The notes beneath the pieces were generated by a model. That model was given only the letters and a program-made list of their open reading frames with translations. It ran no database searches and was not told where the DNA came from. The position numbers and the translations under genes were made by a program. Below are positions 28,495 to 54,206 of a stretch of DNA of 64,000 nt, piece by piece (position 1 is the stretch's first letter; each line of letters begins with the position of its first letter). The stretch comes from Zygnema circumcarinatum SAG 698-1b (Eukaryota > Plantae > Zygnematophyceae), in assembly GCA_037447605.1 (NCBI GenBank), contig CM074810.1:620001-684000 (forward strand). The letters are read 5' to 3'.

Positions 28495-30435
28495 ATGGAG
28501 ACGGAGAAGCAGGCGGAGGCTGTGGGAGAGGAGGAGTTCGCGGAGCTGGTTCTGTTTCAAGTGCCGGAATGCTATGTCTACAAGGTCAAGCCTTTTGGGT
28601 TTCTCAGGTTACAATTTTTGGGACGTCTATGTATCATATTTATTTTTGAGCCTTTCAGAGCTTTAGGGACAGCTGGAGCCTGGAAGAATATAAAGGTGAA
28701 GGTAGTCATAAGAAATGGCTAACTTTTTGTTTTATTTTTTTCTTTTTTTTTGTGCAGATTCCTCCCAGAAAGTCTGCAGCTTCATACAGGTACAATGTCT
28801 TCATCTCTTTTTTTTCATTTGTAGTTTAGATTGGATTTATAGTGTATGCCGAGATCGAATTTTGTGACTTGTATTTGGAGCAAATACATTTGTATCCCTT
28901 TTCATTAACGAAAGAAAACATATTCCCAAGTTTTTTTGTTTCATGTTTCAATTGAAGTATCATCCCAAGGTCCTGACCCAAACCCAAAACTATTTTGAAA
29001 TTTCCCAATTATTAAGTACTTTTGAGGATTTTTAGAAAACCCTGACAATCCCTAACACGACTTGACTTTGAAAATCCGACGGAGCCCAAGAATGTAGCAA
29101 TCTCTGAACCCTAGAACGTTAAGATGAGCCCTCGAAATCTCTACTATGTCTTTGAGCACTTTCTAAAATCGCTGCCAAAAATCTGGATTAACCTCAGGAC
29201 CCCCTTCTTTTTTTTTTCTTCTTGTTCCTGCAGAGCTGACGAATGGGACATTAACAAGTGGGCTTGGGAGGGCTCCCTGCGCATTGTTTCCAAAGGAGAA
29301 GACTGCAGAATTTCCTTGGAAGATGTGAAAACTGGAGAAATCTTTGCCCAAGCTCCAATAAGAAAGGATCTGCCCTTACCTGTGGAAGCTGTTATCGACA
29401 GCAGCCGTTTCTTTGTGCTCAGAATTGAAGACAACACGGTGAACGTAGCGAGCCGGCACGCATTCATAGGAATTGGGTTTCGGGAGAGACCTCAAGCTTA
29501 TGATTTTCAAGCTGCTCTTTATGATCATGTGAAGTATTTGCACAAGAAGAAGGAGGCGGAGGAGATGGAGCAGGAGTATCGGTCCAAGCCTTCGGCGGAT
29601 TACGGTCTGAAGGATGGGGAGACTCTTCGTCTTCAAATAAAGCAGGTATGCAGACAAGAGAAAGAGGTTAGGAAGGAAGGAAGGAAGGAAGGAGGGAAGG
29701 AAGGAACAAGCTCCTAACAGTATGAGAGCGGATTTGATGGTTTATTGTGACTGTATGAATGCACAAATGGTCGAGCGGGTAGACATTGGTGCTTTTCTTA
29801 GTATTGTTTGAACAATGTTAGAGGAAATGGCACTCTTTGTTAGGTACTTGTTGAGTAGGTGGACGAGAGATAACGCATGGTGGTTTGTCAGTTTAGCATG
29901 CAACTGCCATGTGCTCTCTAGCGCCCTCTCTCTTTCTTTCTCTCTCTCTCTGCTCCTGTCCCCCCCTCTCTCCCTACTGTCACTCTCGCTCTCACTCCCT
30001 CTCTCTCACTCCCTCTCTCTCTCTCTCCCTCTCTCTCTCCCCTCCAACCCCTCTCTGCACTCGCTCTGCTCCTGTCCCTTCCCACTCCGACCATCTTTTC
30101 TTCTCTTCTCCAAAAGTAATGAAACCCTTGCAATGTTCTTTCCTCTTATTTTCCGGCAGCCCCCAAAGAGCAGCTCTCCCACCATCGGCATGTTTTCCAA
30201 GCAGAAGCATTTGGAGGAGATGAGGGTTCCCCCCTCCCCCAGCACTCCCGGCGCATTGGGCTTCAAATCAGTGGGCAGCTCTGCAGATGCTTCAAACTTT
30301 CCGCAGCCCTTTGTTCCAATGCTCGCCCCTCCCCCTGCTCCTACAAGCACTCCCTCTCCCTCCAAAGCCTCTCCAACGACCCCTAATTCAAAAGAAGCAA
30401 TGGATGAAGACTTCGGGGATTTCCAGACAGCATAG
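28495..30435 (+). CDS. NECAP: NECAP-like adaptin ear-binding coat-associated protein
   Basis: Exons 28495-28584, 28758-28789, 29234-29645 and 30160-30435. Motifs VPECYVYKIPPRKSAASYRADEW, EAVIDSSRFFVLRI, AFIGIGFRER..AYDFQAAL and C-terminal EDFGDFQ. Confidence 0.94.
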
Positions 30436-31247
30436 AACAGACCGGATGATAGTGAGGAAGGGAGAGTGAGGAAGGGACAGACAGAGAGGAGATGGGGATT
30501 GAGAGTGAGAGGTGGAGGGGGGGGGGGGGGGAAGGAGAGGGACAGGGAGAGAGGGAGAGGGTCTTTGTATTTGAGCCTGAAGAAGAACCCAATTTTGCGG
30601 AGGAGGAAGTTTCATGGGAGGCGGACGAGATCGACTTTTCAATTGGTTCACAGTTATGGTTTTAACGATATCAGATGTGTAGCTATTGGATGGTATTGGG
30701 ACTGTACATCATTACGGGGTAGGAGAGAGCTATCATTGAAATATTTGCCATTTACTAGGCGGATCTAATGAAATGAATGTAAATTACAGGTTATGGTTTT
30801 ACAGTGATGTGGTTTATGGGTGCCGACATGGCAGTTGATGCAGTGATGCTCTGTGATGCTGTTTGTACATTATTTTTCCATTTCCTGGAAGCTGATCTGG
30901 GTTCCAATTCAGGGAGATTTGACATTCAAATAAAACAAAAATAAATAAAAAATCTTCATCATTGCAGGCTCATAATGGTCCTGGTCAGATGCCATGTGGC
31001 GATGATGTCACTGGGATGCGTTCATTACATCATCCTTATGTGCATCACGAACAAAGAGCACATCACATTGTCTCAACCAATCGTAGGGATTGAACAGAGC
31101 GATGAGAAAACGAATATTGATGAAAGAATGAAGACTGGCCCCAACCTAACCCTATCTCTAACCAACATTTCGATGATGTAACATCTTCGACATAACTTAC
31201 TGTACATCACTATCCACCACCCACTACTAGGCCCTAACATACTTTCC

Positions 31248-37812
<6,565 letters not shown>

Positions 37813-38092
37813 TTTTTTTGAGGTTTTTTTTTTTTTGGGAGGTTTAGATGGTAAGGAAACTAGTTTGACGTTAGGATTTTGATATTTGTCATGTTCTTTA
37901 AAAAAAAAAATCGTGGGGATTTTCAAGGGTCAGTTCTCGACTGGTCTGCGTTTTCTGCCCTCTCATGGAAGCGAATAAAGTAAAGAGTAAGGGGAGAGTG
38001 GGCAGTGGGGACTGGGGACCAGGACTTGAATTATTTTCAAACATTTCATCAATTTTCCGCATTTTTCGGGCAGCACTTCCACCCGATCACGA

Positions 38093-38114
38093 CCAACCAG
38101 CAGGTGCCACGTCA
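38093..38114. promoter_or_regulatory. ERSE-like (CCAAC-N9-CCACG) element overlapping a UPRE (TGACGTGG)
   Basis: CCAAC-CAGCAGGTG-CCACGTCA in the 474-bp head-to-head spacer upstream of the PDI gene. Confidence 0.5.
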
Positions 38115-38285
38115 ACCAGGCCAAAACATTTTCTGCCCTTTTCTGTCGACCGTACATTCCCCACCGTACGGCCGCGTAATGATTTTCGCCACCTGTACGG
38201 TACGGTCGCCACACTTTACGCGTCCGTACGGTAGCCGTTGGCGCAAAAAAGAAAGGGGCGGGGGCGCGCGCGGGGTCAACTGGCC

Positions 38286-47112
<8,827 letters not shown>

Positions 47113-48177
47113 CATGAGGGGAGGTCGAACACCTGTAGACTAAGCAGATGCAGAACCGTACCGTTGGCTAGGGGAGGGTTCCTTTATGGTTTGTGTAGTG
47201 GCATGATGGCATGTAGTGCTTAAGAAGCTCAGCTCCATATGCCTCTTCAGTTGCAGTTTTGTTCGATCTTTGGGCTAATGGAATTTGACTTAAATGAAAT
47301 TGTATCTTTGGCTTCCCTTTTCCGTAACTTCAGTTCCCTTTGTTTGAAACGAGGTTGATTTGGAGAGTGTTTGGATCTCTTGGGAACGAGATCCAAACTT
47401 GTGAGGGATTGCAAAAACGTTGACTAACCGAAAAAGGTAAGCTACGTTTGGTAGTAGTCACTTCACTGTTAGTGAAGCGTGTTAGCCACATATGCACGTC
47501 TTAGTCTCAATTTAGAAAGGTTAGTTTGACCATACGATTGCCATCACACCAGACACATGCGACCTTGTAGTAGCATGTGATTTGGGTCTCCACAAAAGGG
47601 AGGGAGGGAGGGGACGAGGGAGAGAAGGAGAAGGGAAGGAGGGAATGTGGGGGTAGGAAGGGAGGAAGGTGGGAGGAGGGGGGATGTGGGGGCAAGGGGG
47701 GCCGAGGGGGCGAGGGGCAGAGGGGGAGAGAAGGAGAGGGAGGGGAAGGGGCTAACATTGTTAAAGAATTAACTGGTTTAACTGTGCTGTAAACCAATCA
47801 CTTACCGCCATGTATGCAACGCTATTGACTTTATACACGACGTACTATGGTGCAGCCATCAAAGTGTAAATATTCCTGCCTATGGCCACTGTATCTTAAT
47901 CCATTTCAACTATTCTGCGAAATTCAAACGCCGCCCAAAGACGGGTCTCAACGAAACTCCGCCTTTGACTGCCGACTTCCTTTCACCACTGGTTTGTTTC
48001 CCTCACATTTTCACTCACTCCATTTCTCCTTCCCCCCTTCTCCTTCCGCATCTATCGCTCTCCCTTACTCCCCCACTCTCTCTCTCTCACTTTATCCGTG
48101 CCTTCTCCAGCCTCCGTCCGCGTCTCAAGAGAGAGCAACGTGAAACCCACAAAACACAAATGCATCACACACACTGC

Positions 48178-48575
48178 CTATTTTTGCATCTCCCTAATGT
48201 TCCCCAGACTATACTTATAGTGTTCAATCCCAACCTTCACGAGCACCTTGTACCGCAGCTTCAGCCGCTTCTCTAAAGAGAGCATCAATGTGGTGGGGTA
48301 GCTGGAGATCTCCTCCTTACTACGGCCCATCTCAGTCAATAAAAAGTCGATCTTGGTCTCGATACTATCCCAACACCTGCCAATCGGCTGCGCTTGCACC
48401 ATTTTCAAGGTTGGAAGCTTCCCAAAGCGCTCCTTCAGCTGCTTGTACGTGTTCTCCATTGTAGTCCGCGATACGGACAGCATCTGTGGGGTACTTAGCA
48501 GTCTCTTTTCTGATTATTTTTAGCTATCTCAGGTCCAAAACTCTCCTCTAGAAAAGTAATGTCTTTTTCGTTTTA
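48178..48575 (-). pseudogene. Truncated, frameshifted mTERF copy
   Basis: Nucleotide sequence closely matches ~51810-52160 of the intact mTERF (SRTTMENTYKQL...SYPTTLMLSL.KRLKLRYKVL). It carries a net 11-nt insertion at ~48500-48520, a 6-nt deletion, and lacks the N-terminal half. Confidence 0.8.
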
Positions 48576-49145
48576 TTAAAAAAGCAGGGGGATAAACGGA
48601 GTATTCCTCTTGAAGGAATATCCCAACCAAAGTGCTAGCCCTAAGATCAGCCCCAACTCAAAAAATGACAGTGACCCTAACGCAAACCCAAACATATACA
48701 CTAACCAAAACCCTAACCCTAACAGGATCCCTAACAAGAACCCTGACAAGAATTCTGACCCAAAACTTTGCCATTCAAACCCTAACCCTAACCCTGACCC
48801 TGACCCTCTCCCTAACCCTAACCTTACAATCCCTGCCCTCAACCCTAGCGCTAACCCTAACCCTAACCCTAATGCCACCCCACCCTGTAACGCGTACCAT
48901 AATGCTACCACTGACATTGAGGCGAAAACAAAGTGCCATCCGCTCCGGAGCAAAGCCCTGACGAGGAGCATCCCCGCCCCGGCCCATGTCCCCAGCCCCA
49001 ACCCTAAACCCAGCGCTGCCCTGAACCCCAGCCTCGCCCAAAGCCCTGCGACGCCATTCGATTGCCCTTGGCCATAGTCGTCGAAGTCATGGTCAATGGC
49101 CAAAGCCTTAGCCTTAGCCATAGCCAAAGCCTCAGCCGAAGCCAT
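48576..49145 (-). CDS. Hypothetical Leu/Gly-rich multi-pass membrane ORF (~189 aa)
   Basis: Open frame from ATG 49145 (the track start at 49157 is TTG) with several hydrophobic stretches. Partly encoded by degenerate TTAGGG repeats. No family recognised. Confidence 0.3.
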   Translation of the reverse strand: MASAEALAMAKAKALAIDHDFDDYGQGQSNGVAGLWARLGFRAALGLGLGLGTWAGAGMLLVRALLRSGWHFVFASMSVVALWYALQGGVALGLGLGLALGLRAGIVRLGLGRGSGSGLGLGFEWQSFGSEFLSGFLLGILLGLGFWLVYMFGFALGSLSFFELGLILGLALWLGYSFKRNTPFIPLLF

Positions 49146-50087
49146 GGCCAAAGCCAAATTTGAAGGGTCAAAGAGTCAGGGTCGGGGTTTGACTTTTGGG
49201 TGGGCTGAACAGTTGAGGGTTTAGGGTTTAGGGTCTAGGGTTTGGGGTTTGGGGTTTAGGGTTTAGGGTTTAGGGTTTAGGGTCTCCGAGGTCAAATTTC
49301 GAGGTTTTTCGAACGCACGGAAATTAGAAAAACCCTCTAAACACTTCCTGGAAATTCTCCTTTTTAAAAAATAAAAAAAAAGGTTTCAGATACATCACAG
49401 ACAGAGCGCGCTCTGATTTCTAAATTCTCGAAATGCGCAATGCCAAGTCTACGACTGACTAATGCCGTGACCAAATGGAGTGACTAACGCGTGACTAACC
49501 GCCCGCGAGCCAGCGGGCAGGCCCGTGGGGGGCGGCTTTCGGGGTGTACCGATTTCGGAGTCGACGACTTTGAAGACCCCAAGAGCCCGCCTCAAGGCAC
49601 CGACAACATCTGGGGATGTACGGATACGATCTGACACAGCCAATGACAGTCTAGAGATCGTGCTGACTGGTAGGATTTGTCGCGACGTGATTTCGTTCAC
49701 AATGCAGTCTTCGTACAAATGCGACCACCCGAAACTTGGCATATTTGCCTGGAATATTCGAGTATTTTGTCGTTTTTTGTGTGCGGTACTCTTTTCGGTT
49801 GCAGCCCCTTTCGCAAAGTCGACTCAAGTCTGACAAATTAGACAAGATCAAAAAGACAAAAGAGAAAAAGACAAGAAAATTTTGAGCAGTCCGCAAGTGC
49901 GAACCAACTTTAGGGATTTTAAGGACGGCCGGCCGCGCCCAATGCCATGTGGCAGGGCCTGAACCCTCGGAAAATTGTCGTTACCAGCGAGGGGCGGAGG
50001 GGGTTTTGGCGCCGAGTACAGAACAAGTACTCAGCGCGACCCTGAACCCTTCCGTTCACACAGCCGGGTCACATGTCAACGTTCCCT

Positions 50088-50395
50088 TAAACCCTTAAAA
50101 CCCTAAAACCCTAAAAACCTAAAAACCCTAAAACCCTAAAAACCGTAAAACCCTCAAACCCTAGAAAACCCCTAAACACTCTAAAACCCCTAAAAACCCT
50201 AAAACTCTAAAAACCATTGAAACCCTTAAAACCCTAAAACCCTAAAACCCTAAAACCCTAAAACCCTAAAAACCATAAAACCCTCAAACCCTAGAAAACC
50301 CCTAAACACTCTAAAACCCCTAAAAACCCTAAAACTCTAAAAACCATTGAAACCCTAAAACCCCTAAAACCCCTAAAATCTTAAGAACCCTAAAG
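50088..50395 (-). repeat. Degenerate telomere-like array (TTTTAGGG type) with a higher-order duplication
   Basis: CCCTAAAA units on the + strand. A variant block AAAACCCTCAAACCCTAGAAAACCCCTAAACACTCTAAAA...CCATTGAAACCC occurs twice (~50147-50225 and ~50277-50355). Confidence 0.85.
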
Positions 50396-51740
50396 TGGAC
50401 GGGAGGGCATGTGCAATGAATGGTTCAAGTGCCACCTGCCAAAAACCCTAAATCCCTAAAACCCTAAAACCCTACGAACCCTAACTACTTAGTCCCTTTC
50501 TTGTACGAGTAAGTAGCCAATAGAAACAATAGAAACTAAGTCGCATAAAGTAAGTCACCCACACCTTCTGTATTAGACCAACTTTGTATATTGCCCGACA
50601 CGAAAAAAGTATAATCATTCGAAAAAAAAACTTCATACTCGAAATAAAGAGAGTGTGGAAGCGGATGGAGCCCCTCCCTCCGACTGACGAAGGTTGAAGG
50701 TTGGTCCATGGCACCCAGTCACTCTGCAAAGGAAGCAGACGGGCGGAGATTGAATGGTTTAAGGTTTAGGGTTTAGGTTTACGACGAGAAACATCGCATC
50801 AAGAATCCAAAAATTCAATTTAAATTGAATTCAAAAAACGTTCAGAACAACCCTAATCTCCTTCAGGGCGTACGCAGTGTTGTTGTTCGTGCAAGAAGAG
50901 ATAAACGTTTCAAACTGGCCGATATCCGGCATCATGCATGCACTCGCATGAAGTTCACCAAACCTTTGTTCAACAAACATTCGCCGCGTTTGCATGAAGG
51001 AGTCATGAATAGTTCGCTGGTGATGTTGCCACTCACCCTCATCGCGACGGAGCTCTTTCCGCGCTTCCTCTTCAAGACCGTTCCGTTTCAACCTTCATTT
51101 GCGTTTCCAAGAATGTGCAGTTTATTTGGTTGCTCGCCATCTGCAGACGAGAGAAGAAGTTTAGCCAACGTCATATGAACAGAAGGAGAAAGCCTTCTGA
51201 ATGAAAGCGTTCACACTCTGATGACCACTTCAGGAGATCTTGGAATCGTCCAAACTGTACGGCCAGTGTATCACTATTGCAATTTTTTCAACTATGCTGT
51301 TGGTTCTCAATAGCAAAAAATGCATTCATCAGGAGAAAAAGAAGGGCCAATGATCGGTTTTTTCGCTTCTTCTGGTCCTTTCTCTCACATTGACACAGCA
51401 TTGGAAAATGAGGTGCAGTTTGTTCACCTTCTGCTGTTATTCGAAGCCGCCGTCCCTCTTGCTGCAGCACTACCTATCCCCTCTCTCTCCTTCTTCCTCC
51501 CTCTGTCCCCTCTCTCGTCTCCTTTCCAGCTCCGACTTATGACCTGGCACAGACCACCACCCACGCATTCGAAGGAGCTCCCCTCCCCTCCTCCCTTCTC
51601 CCTCCCTCTCTCCCTCCCTCCCTCCCACCCTCCTCTATCTCCTCGTCTCCCATGCCATCCCAACGAACCAAAGAGTAACTTTTTTGGGCCATTTTTCTCG
51701 ACCGGGAGGCACTCGACGTGTGTCAGACCACACTCCCGAC

Positions 51741-52907
51741 TCACATTCGCTGTTGTGGCAACTGCACCTTAAACATCTTCATAAAAGTAGCGTTCGAAGG
51801 AATAAACAATGTCCCCAGTCTATACTTATGGTGTTCAATCCCAACCTTCACGAGCACCTTGTACCTCAGCTTCAGCCGCTTGTCTAAAGAAAGCATCAAT
51901 GTGGTGGGGTAGCTGGAGACCTCCTCCTTACTACGGCCCATCTCAGTCAATAAAAAGTCGACCTTAGTCTCGATACTATCCCAACACCTGCCAAGAAGGA
52001 AGGGCTGCGCCTGCACCATTTTCAAAGTTGGAAGCTTCCCAAAGCGCTCCTCCAGCTGCTTGTACGTGTTCTCCATTGTAGTCCGCGATACGAAAAGTAT
52101 CTGTGGATTACGTTGCAGCATTTTCTGAGCTATCTCGGGCCCAAAATTCTCCTCCAATCCAGCCACAGCATCCTTGAAGTGATCGCCCTTTCTTTTAACG
52201 ATGCAGGGGAAGGAGCGGAGCACATGCTCTCCTACCTCTCTGGAGAAGGTCGACCTCACAGCCTCGACTCCCTCCCTTATGGTTTCATCTCTGTAGGTTA
52301 GCAGGTTTGGGTAGCTCTCTACCATAGCGCTTGTGACAGGGACCCCTAACTCCTCCCATAGGCGAGCCTTCGCCTCAAGAGTCTGCAAACGGGAGCCTAA
52401 AATCCCCGGCATTGTACCCACAACCTTCCCTAAGTTCTTTACCTTCACAGAGCCCCGCAGGAACTCGAGAATGGCTTGCTGTTTCTCATCAGGAGCGGTT
52501 AAGAAATTGCCTTTCAAGGAGCTGCGTTTTACGGCATTGAAAAAGTCGTTGGAGTTGATCCCCTGGCTCTGGAAGAAGGCAGCTTTAGGGAGGATAAGCT
52601 TATGGACTCTTACAAGAAGACTCGTTTTCTTATCAACGAGAAGGCCGACCTTCTGGTGCGTATATCCTAAGCTCCGGAGAGCGTCCATTGCTTCTTGCAG
52701 AGCCCCCTTCGTCTCCACAGCTTCCTTATCGGCCATGACTTCTCCCTCTGCACTCGCTTTGTGAAGTTGTTTGTCCTCCTCCTTGCTGCTGCTGCAGGCG
52801 TATCCATGGCGCCCTGGTAGCAGATCCAGGGCAGGGTGGCACCATGGGAGGCCGAACGGAGCTCCCTTCCAGACGGTCCGTTGAAAGGGATTAAAGAGAG
52901 ACGCCAT
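51741..52907 (-). CDS. mTERF-family protein, intronless
   Basis: mTERF-like repeats KNLGKVVGTMPGILGSRLQTLEAK, MVESYPNLLTY, MLQRNPQILFVS and EEVSSYPTTLMLSLDKRLKLRYKVL. Likely start gccATGGCG at 52907; the ORF is open back to 53027. Confidence 0.85.
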   Translation of the reverse strand: MASLFNPFQRTVWKGAPFGLPWCHPALDLLPGRHGYACSSSKEEDKQLHKASAEGEVMADKEAVETKGALQEAMDALRSLGYTHQKVGLLVDKKTSLLVRVHKLILPKAAFFQSQGINSNDFFNAVKRSSLKGNFLTAPDEKQQAILEFLRGSVKVKNLGKVVGTMPGILGSRLQTLEAKARLWEELGVPVTSAMVESYPNLLTYRDETIREGVEAVRSTFSREVGEHVLRSFPCIVKRKGDHFKDAVAGLEENFGPEIAQKMLQRNPQILFVSRTTMENTYKQLEERFGKLPTLKMVQAQPFLLGRCWDSIETKVDFLLTEMGRSKEEVSSYPTTLMLSLDKRLKLRYKVLVKVGIEHHKYRLGTLFIPSNATFMKMFKVQLPQQRM

Positions 52908-53635
52908 GGCGGATGTTTGAATGCGAGTCACTGCCTCATATTCTTGAGAAAGCCTCCCTCCCGCAACCTTGCACACTAAACCTGACCCTCCAATTAACCC
53001 TAATCCTAACCCTAAAATGAGCCTCAACCCTAACCCAATCCTAACCCTTACAGTTAACCCTTATCCTAACCCTAAAATTAACCCTAATCCTAATCCTGGA
53101 ACTCGACAATCGGCGTTAGCGTTAGGGCCAGGGTTAGAGTTGGGATAAGGCTTTGGATTAAGGTTTAACGTTAGGGTTCAACTTAGCTTTTCGCTGAACA
53201 TTAGGGTTAAGGTCAGCTTTTTATGCTTTGGATCATATTGTCAACGTTAGAGGAAGGGTTAACTTGATAGGTTAGGCTTAGGTTAGGGATGGCAGTGGTA
53301 GGGCTTGAGTCAAAGTTTAAGGGTTAACCATCCCATCAAAAACAATCACCAACATTCGCATAGTTAAACTCCACATCTGGTTGAAGGCTCCATGGAAGAT
53401 GTCACATGGACGCAATCGCACCAAGTTACAGTTTCAGTTCCAGTCACACTTCCCGTTAGCGCCCTAAAATCCAAAGTAGAATAATTCGAATATTTATAGC
53501 GTTCTGACGCACGTGCCAAAGGGCGAGGCTGATTGGCAGCACGATGATGACTCGGTAGTTTGTAGAATCTGTAATTGGCACAAGCCGTATGAAGCCTCTA
53601 GTCGCAATCAGTGGTACTAGTTCTTTCTTAAGATG

Positions 53636-53644
53636 AAACCCTAA
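53636..53644 (+). promoter_or_regulatory. Telo-box AAACCCTAA in the mTERF/RZ-1 divergent promoter
   Basis: Exact motif, with a site II-like TGGGCT near 53915. Confidence 0.35.
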
Positions 53645-54206
53645 CGCTTGGCTGATTGAGCTTGGAAACTACGCCGCCTTCACGGAGCACTCTTTACGCC
53701 CGGGGATGAATGCAAACCAGCCCGGAAAAAAAAATGTTTATTTTCTGACCGCCTCCACATTGAAGCCGCAGCCATACTTGCCAAAACCTCTTTTCTGCCC
53801 TAAAAACATTTTTTTCTGGCCTTAAAACATTTCGTTCCTGCCCGTTTTGCGAGCGCTTTCCCCTTTGACAAGGCACAGAGCCTTCGGCCAATCACAACAT
53901 GCCACGTCGGATGTTGGGCTTACGTGACAGACTCCCATTGGCGCACGCCCCTGAAGTTCTACCCCTGAATAGGGAACCCACCACCGTGTGCTAATCAGGA
54001 GCTGGGTCCAGCCGGCAAGGTAGGGGAGGGCGAGGGAGAGGAAGAGGAAGAGGGAGTGCGGGAGAGGCTGAAGGGAGAGGGAAAGAGAGGGAGAGAGAGG
54101 GAGAGAGAGGGAAAGGGAGGAGAGGGGGAGAGGCGGAAGAGAGCTGGCGAAGGAGAGGGAGAGGGAGGGGGAGAGAGAGAGGGAGGGGGAGAGAGAGGGA
54201 GGAGGC

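Noticed and set aside
48610-49077. 155-aa PNPNP-rich plus-strand ORF
   Set aside because: Antisense reading of the degenerate CCCTAA tract with no independent support.
50831-51470. Short minus-strand ORFs downstream of mTERF
   Set aside because: No recognisable domain or consistent splice chain; may be UTR or intergenic.
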